DNA of 64,000 nucleotides, from NCBI RefSeq assembly GCF_009914755.1, contig NC_060929.1, one strand, 5' to 3'. The notes under the pieces are model-generated. The model was given only the letters and a program-made list of their open reading frames with translations, was not told where the DNA came from and ran no database searches. Origin of the DNA: the human T2T-CHM13v2.0 reference genome, Homo sapiens. Of this stretch, positions 12,901-25,932 are shown piece after piece. Position numbers and translations under genes: made by a program. Every line of letters starts with the position of its first letter. The first letter of the stretch is position 1.

Positions 12901-14793
12901 ATTTCTTCTTCATCTGTTACCTATCTCGGCATAATTCTCGTAAAAACACACGTGCTCTCCCTGCCAATCGTGTACGACTGATCTCTCAAACCCAAACACC
13001 TTCTACAAAACAACTTCTTTCCTTCCTAGGCATGGTTAGTGCGGTCAGAATTCTTACACAAGAGCCAGGACCACACCCTGTAGCCTTTCTGTCCAAACAA
13101 CTTGACCTTACTGTTTTAGCCTAGCCCTCATGTCTGCATGCAGCAGCTGCCGCTGCTTTAATATTTTAGAGGCCCTCAAAATCACAAACTATGCTCAACT
13201 CACTCTCTACAGTTCTCATAACTTCCAAAATCTATTTTCTTCCTCATACCTGATGCATATACTTTCTGCTCCCCGGCTCCTTCAGCTGTAATCACTCTTT
13301 GTTGAGTCTCCCACAATTACCGTTGTTCCTGGCCCAGACTTCAATCTGGCCTCCCACATTATTCCTGATACCACACCTGACCCCCATGACTGTATCTCTC
13401 TGATCCACCTGATATTCACCCCATTTCCCCAAATTTCCTTCCTTCCTGTTCCTCACCCTGATCACGCTTGATTTATTGATGGCGGTTCCACCAGGCCTAA
13501 TCGCCACACACCAGCAAAGGCAGGTTATACTATAGTACAAGCCACTAGCCCACCTCTTAGAACCTCTCATTTCCTTTCCATCATGGAAATCTATCCTCAA
13601 GGAAATAACTTCTCTGTGTTCCATCTGCTATTCCACTACTCCTCAGGGATTATTCAGGCCCCCTGCCTTCCCTACACATCAAGCTTATAGATTTGCCCCC
13701 ACCCAGGACTGGCAAATTAGCTTTACTCAACATGCCCTGAGTCAGATAGCTAAAATACCTCTTAGTCTAGGTAGACACTTCCACTGGATAGGTACAGGCC
13801 TTTCCTACAGGGTCTGAGAAGGTCACCACAGTCATTTCTTCCCTTCTGTCAGACATAATTCCTCAGTTTAGCCTTCCCACCTCTATACAGTCTGATAACA
13901 GACCAGCCTTCATTAGTCAAATCAGCCAAGCAGTTTTTCAGGCTCTTAGTATTCAGTGAAACCTTTATATCCCTTACGGTCCTCCGTCTTCAGGAAAAGT
14001 AGAACGGACTAAAGGTCTTTTAAAAACACACCTCCCCAAGCTCAGCCACCAACTTAAAAAGGACTGGACAATACTTTTACCACTTTCCCTTCTCAGAATT
14101 CAGGCCTGTCCTCAGAATGCTACAGGGTACAGCCCATTTAAGCTCCTGTATAGATGCTTCTTTTTATTAGGCCCCAGTCTCATTCCAGACACCAGACCAA
14201 CTTAGACTGTGCCCCAAAAAACTTGTCATCCCTCCTATCTTCTGTCTAGTCATACTCCTAATCACCATTCTCAACTACTCATACATGCCCTGCTCTTGTT
14301 TACACTGCCGGTTTACACTGTTTCTCCAAGCCATCACAGCTGATATCTCCTGGTGCTATCCCGAAACTGCCACTCTTAACTCTTGAAGTAAATAAATAAT
14401 CTTTGCTGAAAGGACTATGCTGAATCTCCTTAGGCACTCTCTAATCAGATATCCTGAGTTGTCCCAATTCTTAGACCTTTTATACCTGTTTTTCTCCTTC
14501 TGTTATTCCATGTAGTTTCTCAATTCATCCAAAACCGTATCTAGGCCATCACCAATCATTCTATATGACAAATGTTTCTTCTAACAGTCCCACAATATCA
14601 CCCCTTACCACAAGACCTCCATTCAGCTTAATCTCTCCCACTCTAGGTTCCCACACTGCCCCTAATCCTGCTTGAAGCAGCCCTGAGAAACATCGCCCAT
14701 TCTCTCTCCATACCACCCCCCAAAAATTTTCGCCACCCCAACACTTCAACACTATTTTGTTTTATTTTTCTTATTAATATAAGAAGGCAGGAA

Positions 14794-15243
14794 TGTCAGG
14801 CCTCTGAGCCCAAGCCAAGCCATCACATCCCCTGTGACTTGCACGTATACTCCCAGATGGCCGGAAGTAACTGAAGAATCACAAAAGAAGTGAATATGCC
14901 CTGCCCCACCTTAACTGATGACATTCCACCACAAAAGAAGTGTAAATGGCCGGTCCTTGCCTTAACTGATGACATTACCTTGTGAAAGTCCTTTTCCTGG
15001 CTCATCCTGGCTCAAAAACACCCCCACTGAGCACCTTGCGACCCCCACTCCTGCCTGCCAGAGAACAAACCCCCTTTGACTGTAATTTTCCTTTACCTAC
15101 CCAAATCCTATAAAATGGCCCCACCCTTATCTCCCTTTGCTGACTCTCTTTTTGGACTCAGCCCACCTGCACCCAGGTGATTAAAAGCTTTATTGCTCAC
15201 ACAAAGCCTGTTTGGTGGTCTCTTCACACGGACACGCATGAAA
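14794..15243 (+). promoter_or_regulatory. 3' LTR7 of HERV-H #2
   Basis: Direct repeat of 9490-9940 with about 13 differences by eye, preceded by the polypurine tract. Confidence 0.95.
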
Positions 15244-15278
15244 TTTGGTGCCGTGACTCGGATCGGGGGACCTCCCTT
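15244..15278 (+). other. Supernumerary tRNA-His PBS plus 15 nt of viral leader downstream of the 3' LTR
   Basis: TT-TGGTGCCGTGACTCGGAT-CGGGGGACCTCCCTT, a copy of what follows the 5' LTRs at 3361 and 9941. Confidence 0.95.
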
Positions 15279-17080
15279 CAACATTCCCACTGAAGAAATA
15301 AGAAAAAGCACAGCAAATTAAATCCAAAGATGATAGAAGGAAAGAAATGATGTAAACAGAATGAGTAACATACAAAGAACAGGAGTAGAAAACAGAAATA
15401 TTTAAAACCAAAATCTAGTGTTTTGAAAATACTGTAAAATGGACACACACTAACAAAGGTAATCAAGAAAAAGACAAAAACTGTGAGAGGATAATTATTG
15501 TTGTTGCTGCTGTTATGGCAGCACAGTTACGGGAGTCCATTTTTGAACACAGGCTCCCACCTTCAACTTATCACTTCCTTATCTTTGCTTGGGTGCCCGA
15601 TGACTTTAAAGAGACTGTTTCTTTGTAGAAGGTGGAATGAGCTTAAAGGTGAGAGTCATGTTTTGGCATTCAGACCAGGTATTAGGCTTTCTCCTACATT
15701 AACAAATGAATAATGTTAGGAATGCATGGAAGGTCACAGCTGCACCTGGAGGGGAGAGTATGAAAACCATAACTTAATAACATGATGCCAATACATCTGA
15801 AAGCATAGAAAATAGAATCGTACAATATAGATAACTACAGACTAAATGGATAATTTTCTAGAAAGCTAAAAAATAGCTAAATAGATTCCAGAAGATGCGA
15901 TTACCTAGATAACCTAACCATCGTTAAAAAACATTTGGAATAGAGAGCAAAACATTTTATCTTAACCTTATCTTTCACCCCAAAATGATACCAGGGCCAG
16001 AAGGCTTCTGGCTGTGTGGGAGTAAATCATTCATTGCATGAGTCCTCCCTTATGCTAACTGTTCCACAAAGTAGAGTAAAATTTCTTTTTATGAGGCTAA
16101 TATAACCTTGATAACATTTCTGAATAAGAACTGAGTAAGAAAATTACATACCATATGTACCATGAAGTAGATACAAAAAGTCTAAATTTAAATGGGGAAA
16201 TTGGATTCAGCAGCATAATTATGAAAAATGTCTTCAAGACACACTAGGATTTGTCTCCTAAAAACAAAGAGTGGCATAACAGTGGGAAGTCTATCAATTA
16301 TAATTCACCACAACAATGAGCGAAAGAACAACCAAATGAACATATCGATTGTAAATATTGGAATAAAATTCAAAACTCACTTTCAATTTTTAACAAATGT
16401 AGAACTTTAGTAAAGTAGAAGATGAGAAGTATTTAATCAAAACACATGCAAAAACCATTTGTAAATGGGAGAATTCCCATTAAGTAAAGAATATTATATT
16501 TTCTATCTTCACTAGTATTAAATATTTGAGTAATATGTGATATAATATATAATATGACTGAAAAAGAGTATGTAAGGAGTGAAACAGAAGGACCCAATGT
16601 GTCATAATTGCAGACTGTTGAAAATAGTCTACAACTGAGAGAGTTAACAGATAAATTAAAGAGCAAGATGAATTTATAAGATGAACATATAAACATCAAT
16701 AACAGCATAAATTATTTGTTAAAATTATACTAGGAACAAATATTCACAATAGCAACGATAATATATTTAAGAATGAACCCAACAAACAAAATATGTACAA
16801 GCACTTAATGGATGATACTGCAAAATTTTGCCAAAGGATAAAAGAACCGAACATAGGACAAGTAACATTAATAAATGGGAAATCTCAATGATATGCAGTC
16901 ATTAACTCCAAAAGTAAAATTATAAAATTCTTACAGAAGAATAAACATCCCAGAATAACAGTGCGCATTTTGAAAAATGTAAACAATGAGATGAAATTGA
17001 CAACAAGTGTTAAGACATACTATAAAATTATATTAATTCAATAAAGTATAATATGGGTAAAGTCATAGAGAAATAATTAT
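15279..17080 (+). mobile_element. Continuation of the ancient L1 ORF2 remnant, with a 218-bp non-L1 insert at 15479-15696
   Basis: L1-like motifs aaatggataattttctagaaa, ccagggccagaaggcttc, ttttatgaggctaatataaccttgata, aagacatactataaa. Confidence 0.75.
15479..15696 (+). repeat. 218-bp dispersed direct duplication, copy A (copy B at 18661-18878)
   Basis: Same-length alignment at about 90% identity, also visible as near-identical spurious ORFs at 15498 and 18680. Confidence 0.93.
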
Positions 17081-18297
17081 AAAAGTGTATTTATTTCTAC
17101 CTGTTTGTCTAACTATTCATACATCCCCTATCTAGCATTTGTATATATGCACAAAAACATGAAGTAGTGTTTACTTCATATTAATGATTGGTTTTCCCGG
17201 ATGATGGGGTTTAGACTCATATTGTCTTTCGCCATTTTGGTACTTTTCTTCACTGCTTAAATGCTTTATAATGTACTTTTTTTCTTTCTGCCAAAACAAT
17301 TTAGTGAGGGTGTTTTTTTAAACAAAGATGTTTTCCTCATATTATTAAAGAGGATTTTTCTCAGAGAAATATTAAAAAGTAAATTAGTTGATATTTAAAT
17401 GACTACCTTAGTTGATGTGCTTTCCACCAAAAGCCTGAACCATAAGATGTGTGTACGGTGTAGCAGGCATAACAACTGCATCCCGTCTCCCAGCACTAGG
17501 ATAGCAAGTCCCCGTCGCCCCACCAAGCAATTCAATGGGTGAGTCCAAGGCATTTTGCATATTTCCAGTTTCAGTTGTTGGGGGCTGGGTGTCAGGGCAG
17601 TAAAAATAATATGTCTGCTCTCTTTTCAGCCACAGGGCTTGAAGAAACAATTCTCAGATCCGAAGGTGCTCTTCCCTGAAAAATTAGGCATGAAGAGAAG
17701 GGAAATTTAATGACATCCATTAAAATAACTCAATGCCCCACAGATAAAATGTCAATCTGGCAATAATTCCTCTTCTGGTTGCGGCTCAGCTTCCTTATGG
17801 TGCTCTCACACCCATAAAACACCAAGCCCAGATGAAGGCTGCACTGGCTGCTGTTTGACTTGGCAGATTTAGAGGCAGAGACCACAGTTGCTGGGGTAGC
17901 AGCAGACAGAATTGGCTGGTCATAGCTGAGTCAAAAGCTAAAGATCTTGTCTGTATCCTAGTGATACAATTAGACAAGAATAATGAAGGAAGGAAGAAAA
18001 GTCCCAGGAGAAAAGAGGCTGTAGTTTTGTACATTCTCCTCATAAAATCACATTTATTGATCATGCAAAGTAGCAAGGGAGATTCTTAGGCCATTTCATG
18101 GCAAACTAGGAGACAGAAGAAAGACTGCAGATCTTATCAGACTTACAGAGGCAGGTTTCTCCTGAGACAGCTTTACTTTCCATTGTGGAAATATATCAGC
18201 TAAAGGAGTCACTCATTGGTACCTTAGCAAGATGAAAGGTCTCAGGTCCATCACCTACAGTTCTGCTTGGCAAAGCAGAGTTCCCTTTGCTGCCCTC

Positions 18298-18675
18298 TGT
18301 TACGGATTGAATTATGTCCCCTCAAAAAGATGTGTCAAAGACCTAAGCCCCAGTGCCTGTGAATGTGACTTCTTTGCAGTTGTCATAAAGTTAAGAATAG
18401 AACCATTAAAATGGGCCTTAATGTAACATGACCAATGTCCTTCTAAGAAGAACATGTGGACACACACATATACACACGCAGGAGAATACCGTGTGAAGAC
18501 ACAGGTACACAGGGAAGATAGCATGTGGGGTCCAGGTGGAGATTGAAGTGAACAATCTGTGGCTACTGGAAGATGAAAAGGCAAGAAAAGATCCTCTCCT
18601 GGAGGCTTCAGAGGAAGCATGGCCCTGACAACACCTCAACTTTGGACTTCTGGCCTCCAGAACTTTGAGTTGATA
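18298..18675 (+). mobile_element. MaLR solo LTR (MLT1A/B/C-like)
   Basis: Starts tgttacggattgaattatgtcccctcaaaa, contains gaatgtgac and ggacttctggcctccagaact, typical of MLT1. Confidence 0.8.
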
Positions 18676-18878
18676 ATTATTGTTGTTGCTGTTGTCATGG
18701 CAGCACAGTTATGGGAGCACATTTTTGAACACAGGCTCCCACCTTCAACTTATCACTTCCTTACCTTTGCTGGGGTACCTGATGACTTTAAAGAGACTGT
18801 TTCTTTGGAGAAGGTGGAATACGCTTAAAGGTGAGAGTCAAGTTTTGGCATTCACACCAGGTAGTAGGCTTTCTCCTA
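18661..18878 (+). repeat. 218-bp dispersed direct duplication, copy B
   Basis: Aligns to 15479-15696. Confidence 0.93.
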
Positions 18879-19009
18879 GTTCCAATCATGTAGGCTTATA
18901 CTTACTAGGGTTTTTGTTGTTGTTGTTGACGTGGCACTATTGTCTAACAAACCTCAGCTTATCCTTGAGGACAACCTTATTGGACTTTTTCCTTTTATTC
19001 AAAGCAAGT

Positions 19010-19445
19010 TGTGCCGGTGACTGCCAGTGTTCACAGAATCCTTGTCCTCATTTTCTTCTAGAGCACACATTTAGACAACATCTCCCAGCCTCCCTTGCAG
19101 TTAAGTCTGGCTTTGTGATGAGGTTCTAGATAGCACAGTTGGAACAGAAGTGATGTGTGCCACTTCCATGTCTCAGCCCTGGTCTCCAAAACTTCCCACA
19201 GGTGCTAGTCATACTCTTTACCCTTCTCGCAGATTGGAATGGATACAACCAAACCACCATAAAAGCCTTATGTGGAACATGGCAGACCTCTCTCAATCAA
19301 AATCCCGATACGACCACAGGGAATGACCGCCCTCATGGGCCAGCTTTGGACTGTCATGTGAATGACAAGTAAAGTCTTACTGTGATTAAGCATTGTACAG
19401 TTTGGAGTCTGCTGGATAGAGTATCCAGCAACACCCTAGCCAATG
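19010..19445 (+). mobile_element. Old MaLR LTR (MLT1J/K-like)
   Basis: cccagcctcccttgcagttaag...gtgatgaggttctag...agaagtgatgtgtgccacttcc. Confidence 0.6.
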
Positions 19446-20599
19446 CAGTATTTGATGCCTTAAACTTCACATGCCTTTATATCGTTACACATTTTACTTC
19501 CTATCTTTTATAACTGATTCAGTGTGTTGTACATGTGTGGATGGATATTCAATTAATATGTGACACATTGATTATCAGCTCAAATGTGGCAGATGGAGAT
19601 GGATCCTTCTTGACCTCTCATTGATTCTTTTTAGTCAATTGAAATTGCATTATCCCTGAATATTCTTCTTTTCATAAATTTGCTATGTATTTGAAATGTC
19701 AAATCTTAAATCTTCTTTGGCTCACCTTAATGCTTTCTTTTCATGTGAACAACAGCTATGTTCCAAGAGTCAAGAAATCTCAATATGAATAAAGCCAGGG
19801 CATGGACTCCCCATGTTTGTCTTGTCCCCTGTCTATTTTACTTGTTCAGGTTCCTTTTATCTAGCAGAGGTAGGGATATCCATACCACAGTGAAGCTTCT
19901 CATACTCCAAGTTTCTAGAAATGATTGAAAGTTTTTTTTAAAATCCAAAACAAGATGGAAAACAAGAAAGCATCCACTGGCTCTAAAAACTATGAGAAAT
20001 CCTTGAAAGGTATTAAGGCAGACATCAATTGTGTTGAAATAGAAAACTAAAAATTTATGAAATTGTGGGAAAAGCACAAAATCACACCTTAATTAGAGGC
20101 GGTGGCAGGAGGGGCCCTGAAAACCTGGGAAGGGACACCAGAAGGGGCTTCCAGCTGCTCCTGCCCATGCTCCACAGCCTGCCAGCTGCATACCTTGTTG
20201 GGCCAGGTTGTTGTAAGGGGGCTATCTGGATGGTGTGAGAGCTTGGGTCTGAAAGCAGGGAAGTGCCTCAAATGGTTAGAGGGCCCCAGGCTGGAAGGGA
20301 TTACGGCACATCGCCAAGATGGCACGGCTCACAGCAGATCGAGGCTTCTCCTGCTCTTGTGGAAACAACCAAGGACCCAGAAGCCCTCCTTCCCTTTCCC
20401 AGGAAGCCTACAAATGAAGGCAACAGGGCTTCTCATACAGATGAGAGCCAAATTCTAACGTGGTGGGCAGACTGAGAACTAACAACCCTGAGAACTGAGG
20501 GGAGGACGCCCACCCAGTGAAACACAGATAACTGAACAACCAGATGGCAGCCATGAGAAGTCCACATGCTGGACCTTCAGAGACGCTGAAGGCGGATCT

Positions 20600-21690
20600 C
20601 GTGTGAATAAGAAGTGTGAGAATTAAAAACTTGCTCACGCAAATTAAAAGTGCAACAGATCAGCTAAATAACATAATGGACACAATTGAAGAAAAAATTA
20701 GCCGACCAGAAGATTCGGGTGAGGAATTCTTCCAGAAGGTGACCTGAGAGGATAAAGACAAAGTAAGAAAGAAATATTAAGAAGCATCATGAACAGATTC
20801 ACAGATTCTAACATTCATCTCCTGTGCCGCTCAGAAGAGGGAATAGAGGGTACAGAGAATAAGCAGGATGAAGAGAAGTAATAGGGAAGGCTCTAGAGGG
20901 GAGGAGAAGGCAGAAATTTCGAAGGGCTCTCAGAATTTATCAGAAAGTACTTTTTAAAAAATGATCAAGTAGGCATATGTAATTGAATTTCAGAAAACCA
21001 AGTATAAAATATAAATCTTTTCAACTTCTAGAAAAAAAGACAAAGCACAATAATGTAAATGCACCAAATGAACATTAGAATTCAGAAACGTAGCAACATA
21101 TATAAGAAGACAATAAAAACATTTTGAAATCTCTAAGAGAAATAAGTTGGATTAGAATTCCATACTCAAAATGTAATTTCAGTATTAGGGTTGAATATTA
21201 AAGTTTTCTGATCTCCAAGGGCTCAAAGTTCCCAATCATTGATATCATACAGGCCATGTTTACAGAGCATAATAAATTTCAGAGAAATAATATTGCACCA
21301 AAGTGCAATAACACCAGAAATTAAAAGCAAACAATATGTATGTGTGTGTGTGTATGTGTGTGTGCATATATATATGAATGACAATAGCTTTTTGAAACTG
21401 TGAGATGAACCTGGAGTTTAAAGGAAAAATTTATAGTTGTGAATGCATTCATAAAGAAATTAATGAGTATGCAAAGTATGAAATAGATTTTCAAGCTAAG
21501 GAATTGAAAAAGAGCAATAAAACAATCACTAAGAATGTGAACAGTAGGAATTAATGAAAACAGAAACAGATATTAACAAAATGAATAAACGTAAAAGGGT
21601 ACCTTTTTTCATCAATACAGAAAAGCTGTTTTTGAGACTAATAAAACAGACAAAACTTAGTTACACAAGGTGAAGGGGAAAGAGAGAGAA
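20600..21690 (+). mobile_element. Very old L1/HAL1-like ORF1-ORF2 remnant
   Basis: A-rich, L1-like motifs (gaagaaaaaattag, ggaaaaatttatag, ttttgagactaataaaacagacaaa). Confidence 0.5.
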
Positions 21691-21910
21691 GTAGGAAGGT
21701 CCCATAGCTTTAAATTGAATATGATATTGACTGTTTTGTTTTATATTAGATTGGTCTTGCCTTTAAAACACCATTTTAAAAGAGACCATTTGTTAGTGCC
21801 TGAAATCTGTAACTGGCTTAAAAGCTCTGTCAGCTGGAAAGGAACCTGTCAGTGTGATAATGGGAAAGAAGAAGATACATCAGAGAGAGGTAAAAATGCT
21901 GGTAAAATAA

Positions 21911-22354
<444 letters not shown>

Positions 22355-22359
22355 GGCCC

Positions 22360-22770
22360 TTATCCCCTTTTCAGTAGCAAACTAGACTTGTAGATGGGAC
22401 AGAGTGTCCAGCATTCCTCAACTTGTCTTGCAGTGAAATGTGGCTGTGGCTCTGAGTTCATTTAAATGGAATAAGAACAAGAGGCATGTATGTCCCTCCT
22501 AGTCCAGGGCAGTGAGATTGAGTTTTGTCTTCTACATTCTCCTTTTCCACTTTCTAACCAGACAGAGGGTGAAAATACCAAGGATAGAGCAAGTCTGACA
22601 AACTCACGTTGAATAACAAGATCTTCATGGCCTGGATCCCTGAAAGACTGTGTGGAACAGAGCCCCTTGACAACCTGAAACCCCTACCTTCATTCAGATT
22701 GTTGTGTGAGGTTCCAATAATGTGATTCCTTTTTAAGACACTAAGGGGGAGTATTTGTTACAGCAGGTTA
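22360..22770 (+). mobile_element. Old MaLR LTR remnant (MLT1-like)
   Basis: ttgcagtgaaatgtggctgtgg...gactgtgtggaacagagcc...tttgttacagcag. Confidence 0.5.
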
Positions 22771-23071
22771 ACATATATTAATTAACAGCCATATAATAAA
22801 ATATGTGTGTATTTAAGAACAGCAAAAAAAAACCTTGAGATTGGGATCATTTCCACCAAATATATTAGAAGGTTTTTTAAAATGATGTATATATAGGTGA
22901 TTATTTCTTTTCTATAATTCTTTTTGTCTTTTTTATAATATCTATAATTAACATGAGCTATTCTTAATGAGAATAAAAGTTATTTTTTGAATTATAAATA
23001 TGCATCATATATAACACTGAGTTTTTTTGTATTTTTTAAATTTTTTAATTTTAATTTTAATTTTTATTTAA

Positions 23072-23360
23072 TTTTTTTTTTTTGAGATGGAGTCTTGCTC
23101 TGTTGCCCAGACTGGAGTGCAATGGCGTGATCTTGGATCACTACAACCTCCGCCTCCTGGATTCAAGCCACTCTTCTGCCTCAGGCCTCCCAAGTAGCTG
23201 GGACTAAAGGTGTGTGCCACCACGCCCAGCTAATTTTTGTATTTTTGGTAGAGACAGGCTTTTGCCATGTTGGCCAGGCTAAACACCTGACCTCAAGTGA
23301 TCCATCTGCCTTGGCCTCCCGAAGAGCTGGGATTACAGGCGTAAGCCACTATGCCCGGCC
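23072..23360 (-). mobile_element. Alu (S-type)
   Basis: Alu consensus match. Confidence 0.95.
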
Positions 23361-23840
23361 AAAATCTGTATTTTTAATAAACTCCACCCTCCCCACACCC
23401 CAACTTCCAGGGCATGAGAAATCCCAGCCTTTGCCAGAATCTTTCACAGGGCCATGCTTATCACATGTGCTATCTTCAGCAGGATTTGCAAGTTGGAAAG
23501 CATCATTTTCGACTGGCCCTTCTCTGTTCTCCCACCAGCTCTTCTGAGGATTAAAGGAGGTAACTTAAGAAGAAGAGTTAATGAGAAAATGCCCAGTCTG
23601 AAGGAAAAAAGTGTAAGAAATGATTCCCAAATGTGAACACATAGAAACCATATGATAGTTCTTCTTAAATAGTAGAAAGTACTTTTCTAAAATGTTATTA
23701 ATAAGACTAATAAAAAAGGAAATGATTTTGTTTATAATTTTTTAAAGGATATATTTTATACAAAGGATATGTATACCTTTTGAATATGCATGTATATATA
23801 TACATATATATATATATATAATATCATGTGTTCTATATTA

Positions 23841-24270
<430 letters not shown>

Positions 24271-24469
24271 TCAATCTGGTTCTTGCCCAATAAATTCTAA
24301 ATTATTAAAATTCAATTGAAGTGTCTTGAATTCTTAAGTGAAGTAAGTTATAAACTTTGGAGATAATACTAGAACTTACCATTTAAAGAAATTATAGATC
24401 ATAAGCCTTAATTTTCTATATTGCTGGGAGATGCCCACTTGAAGTGCAACACTGTGGGATCTGGAGGAA

Positions 24470-24640
24470 AGTCCCCAGAGCTAGCAGTCTGGAAGACCTG
24501 GGCCAAAATCTGACTCTGGCATGACCTGGCTGGGTGACCTTGAGCAAGGCATTCAATCAAGCTAAACCTCAGGTGGCTCACCTGTGAAGTGGGAATAATA
24601 ACACCTCCTTTCAGAACTGCAGAGAGAATTAACCATAAAG
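24470..24640 (+). mobile_element. MIR SINE remnant
   Basis: gctgggtgaccttgagcaag...cctcag...ctcacctgtgaagtgggaataata core. Confidence 0.7.
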
Positions 24641-25538
24641 AATGAATCTAAACTATCCTATTTGCCATGGGGGAGAATAGTTACTGAAAAATAATAGATC
24701 TTAAATTATGTTAATAACAGTTTCTCCAAACAAAACCTCTCTCTTTCCGACTCTCCACCCTATGCTTTTCCAAGATCCCAGTATCTCTTTCTTCCTCATT
24801 TTGAATAAAAATAGGACAGTTTGACCCTGAGCTAATGATAAATATTGGAGAATTTTGCTACTCCTTTGTGTATATCATCTCACCAAGACTGTGAAAAAAT
24901 GCAGCCCTCAAATTTTCCCACCTAAGATTGGTTAGAGGTTTTAAATGCATCCTTTATTTATGTCAACTTCCTTTATCTAAGAAAACAAGTTATTCCCTGC
25001 ATGCCCGCATGTTATTCATCCAGCCGCTGGGCTTTTACCAATAGGATGCATGTGGCAGTGTACTGCTATCTCTGTTGCGCAGGGGTGCAATCAGTCACAT
25101 TTTATTTTGGCTTTCACTGTCCACCGCTTGGAGACCCAGATGAAGAACAAACGAGATTTCTGTACTTCAACAGACTCTAATGAAAATTCCCACAAACTCT
25201 AGAGAAAAGTGGCTTTTGTTGACTCCTATGTTTTTCAAAACAATATACATAGTTTAGAATGTCTAAGGATAAAAATCAAAACTCCAAACTTTAATTAACA
25301 GAAAACTTACTTCAACGCTTTCTTTGATATCTACGATCTTGGAATAAATCTTAGTCTATAGACAGTTTATTTTTAATTGAACAAGAGGTTTTAATTGTCA
25401 TCAATTTTGAGAATAACTTAAAAAAATTTGCTGTCTGAGGTAAAACAGAAAAGGGGAAACTATATAAAATAGAATCTTGATGAAACCAATATAAATGATT
25501 CAAAAATTCTTAGAAAAAATGAATTATTTATATGATAA

Positions 25539-25932
<394 letters not shown>

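Larger units (their letters stand above)
9490..15243 (+). mobile_element. HERV-H provirus #2 (~5.75 kb, non-coding)
   Basis: Two ~450-bp LTR7. PBS at 9943-9960 (TGGTGCCGTGACTCAGAT). Splice donor CAG|GTAAGC at 10086/10087. Zinc knuckle CYMCWKSGHWAKEC (ORF 11621-11857). Protease remnant LINTEATHS near 12061. RT remnant VVDLKHAFFTIPL (ORF 12658-12846). Integrase remnant. Polypurine tract aagaaggcaggaa at 14781-14793. Confidence 0.97.

Noticed and set aside
3432-14752. HERV-H gag/pro/pol ORFs as functional CDS
   Set aside because: Fragmented by stops and frameshifts, protease motif degenerate (NTE instead of DTG), env essentially missing.
2952-15243. The two HERV-H copies as a tandem segmental duplication
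   Set aside because: Different LTR structures, different flanking target sites and no duplicated host sequence.
15246-15263. tRNA-His gene or tRNA pseudogene
   Set aside because: Only the 18-nt complement of the tRNA 3' end is present, followed by viral leader.
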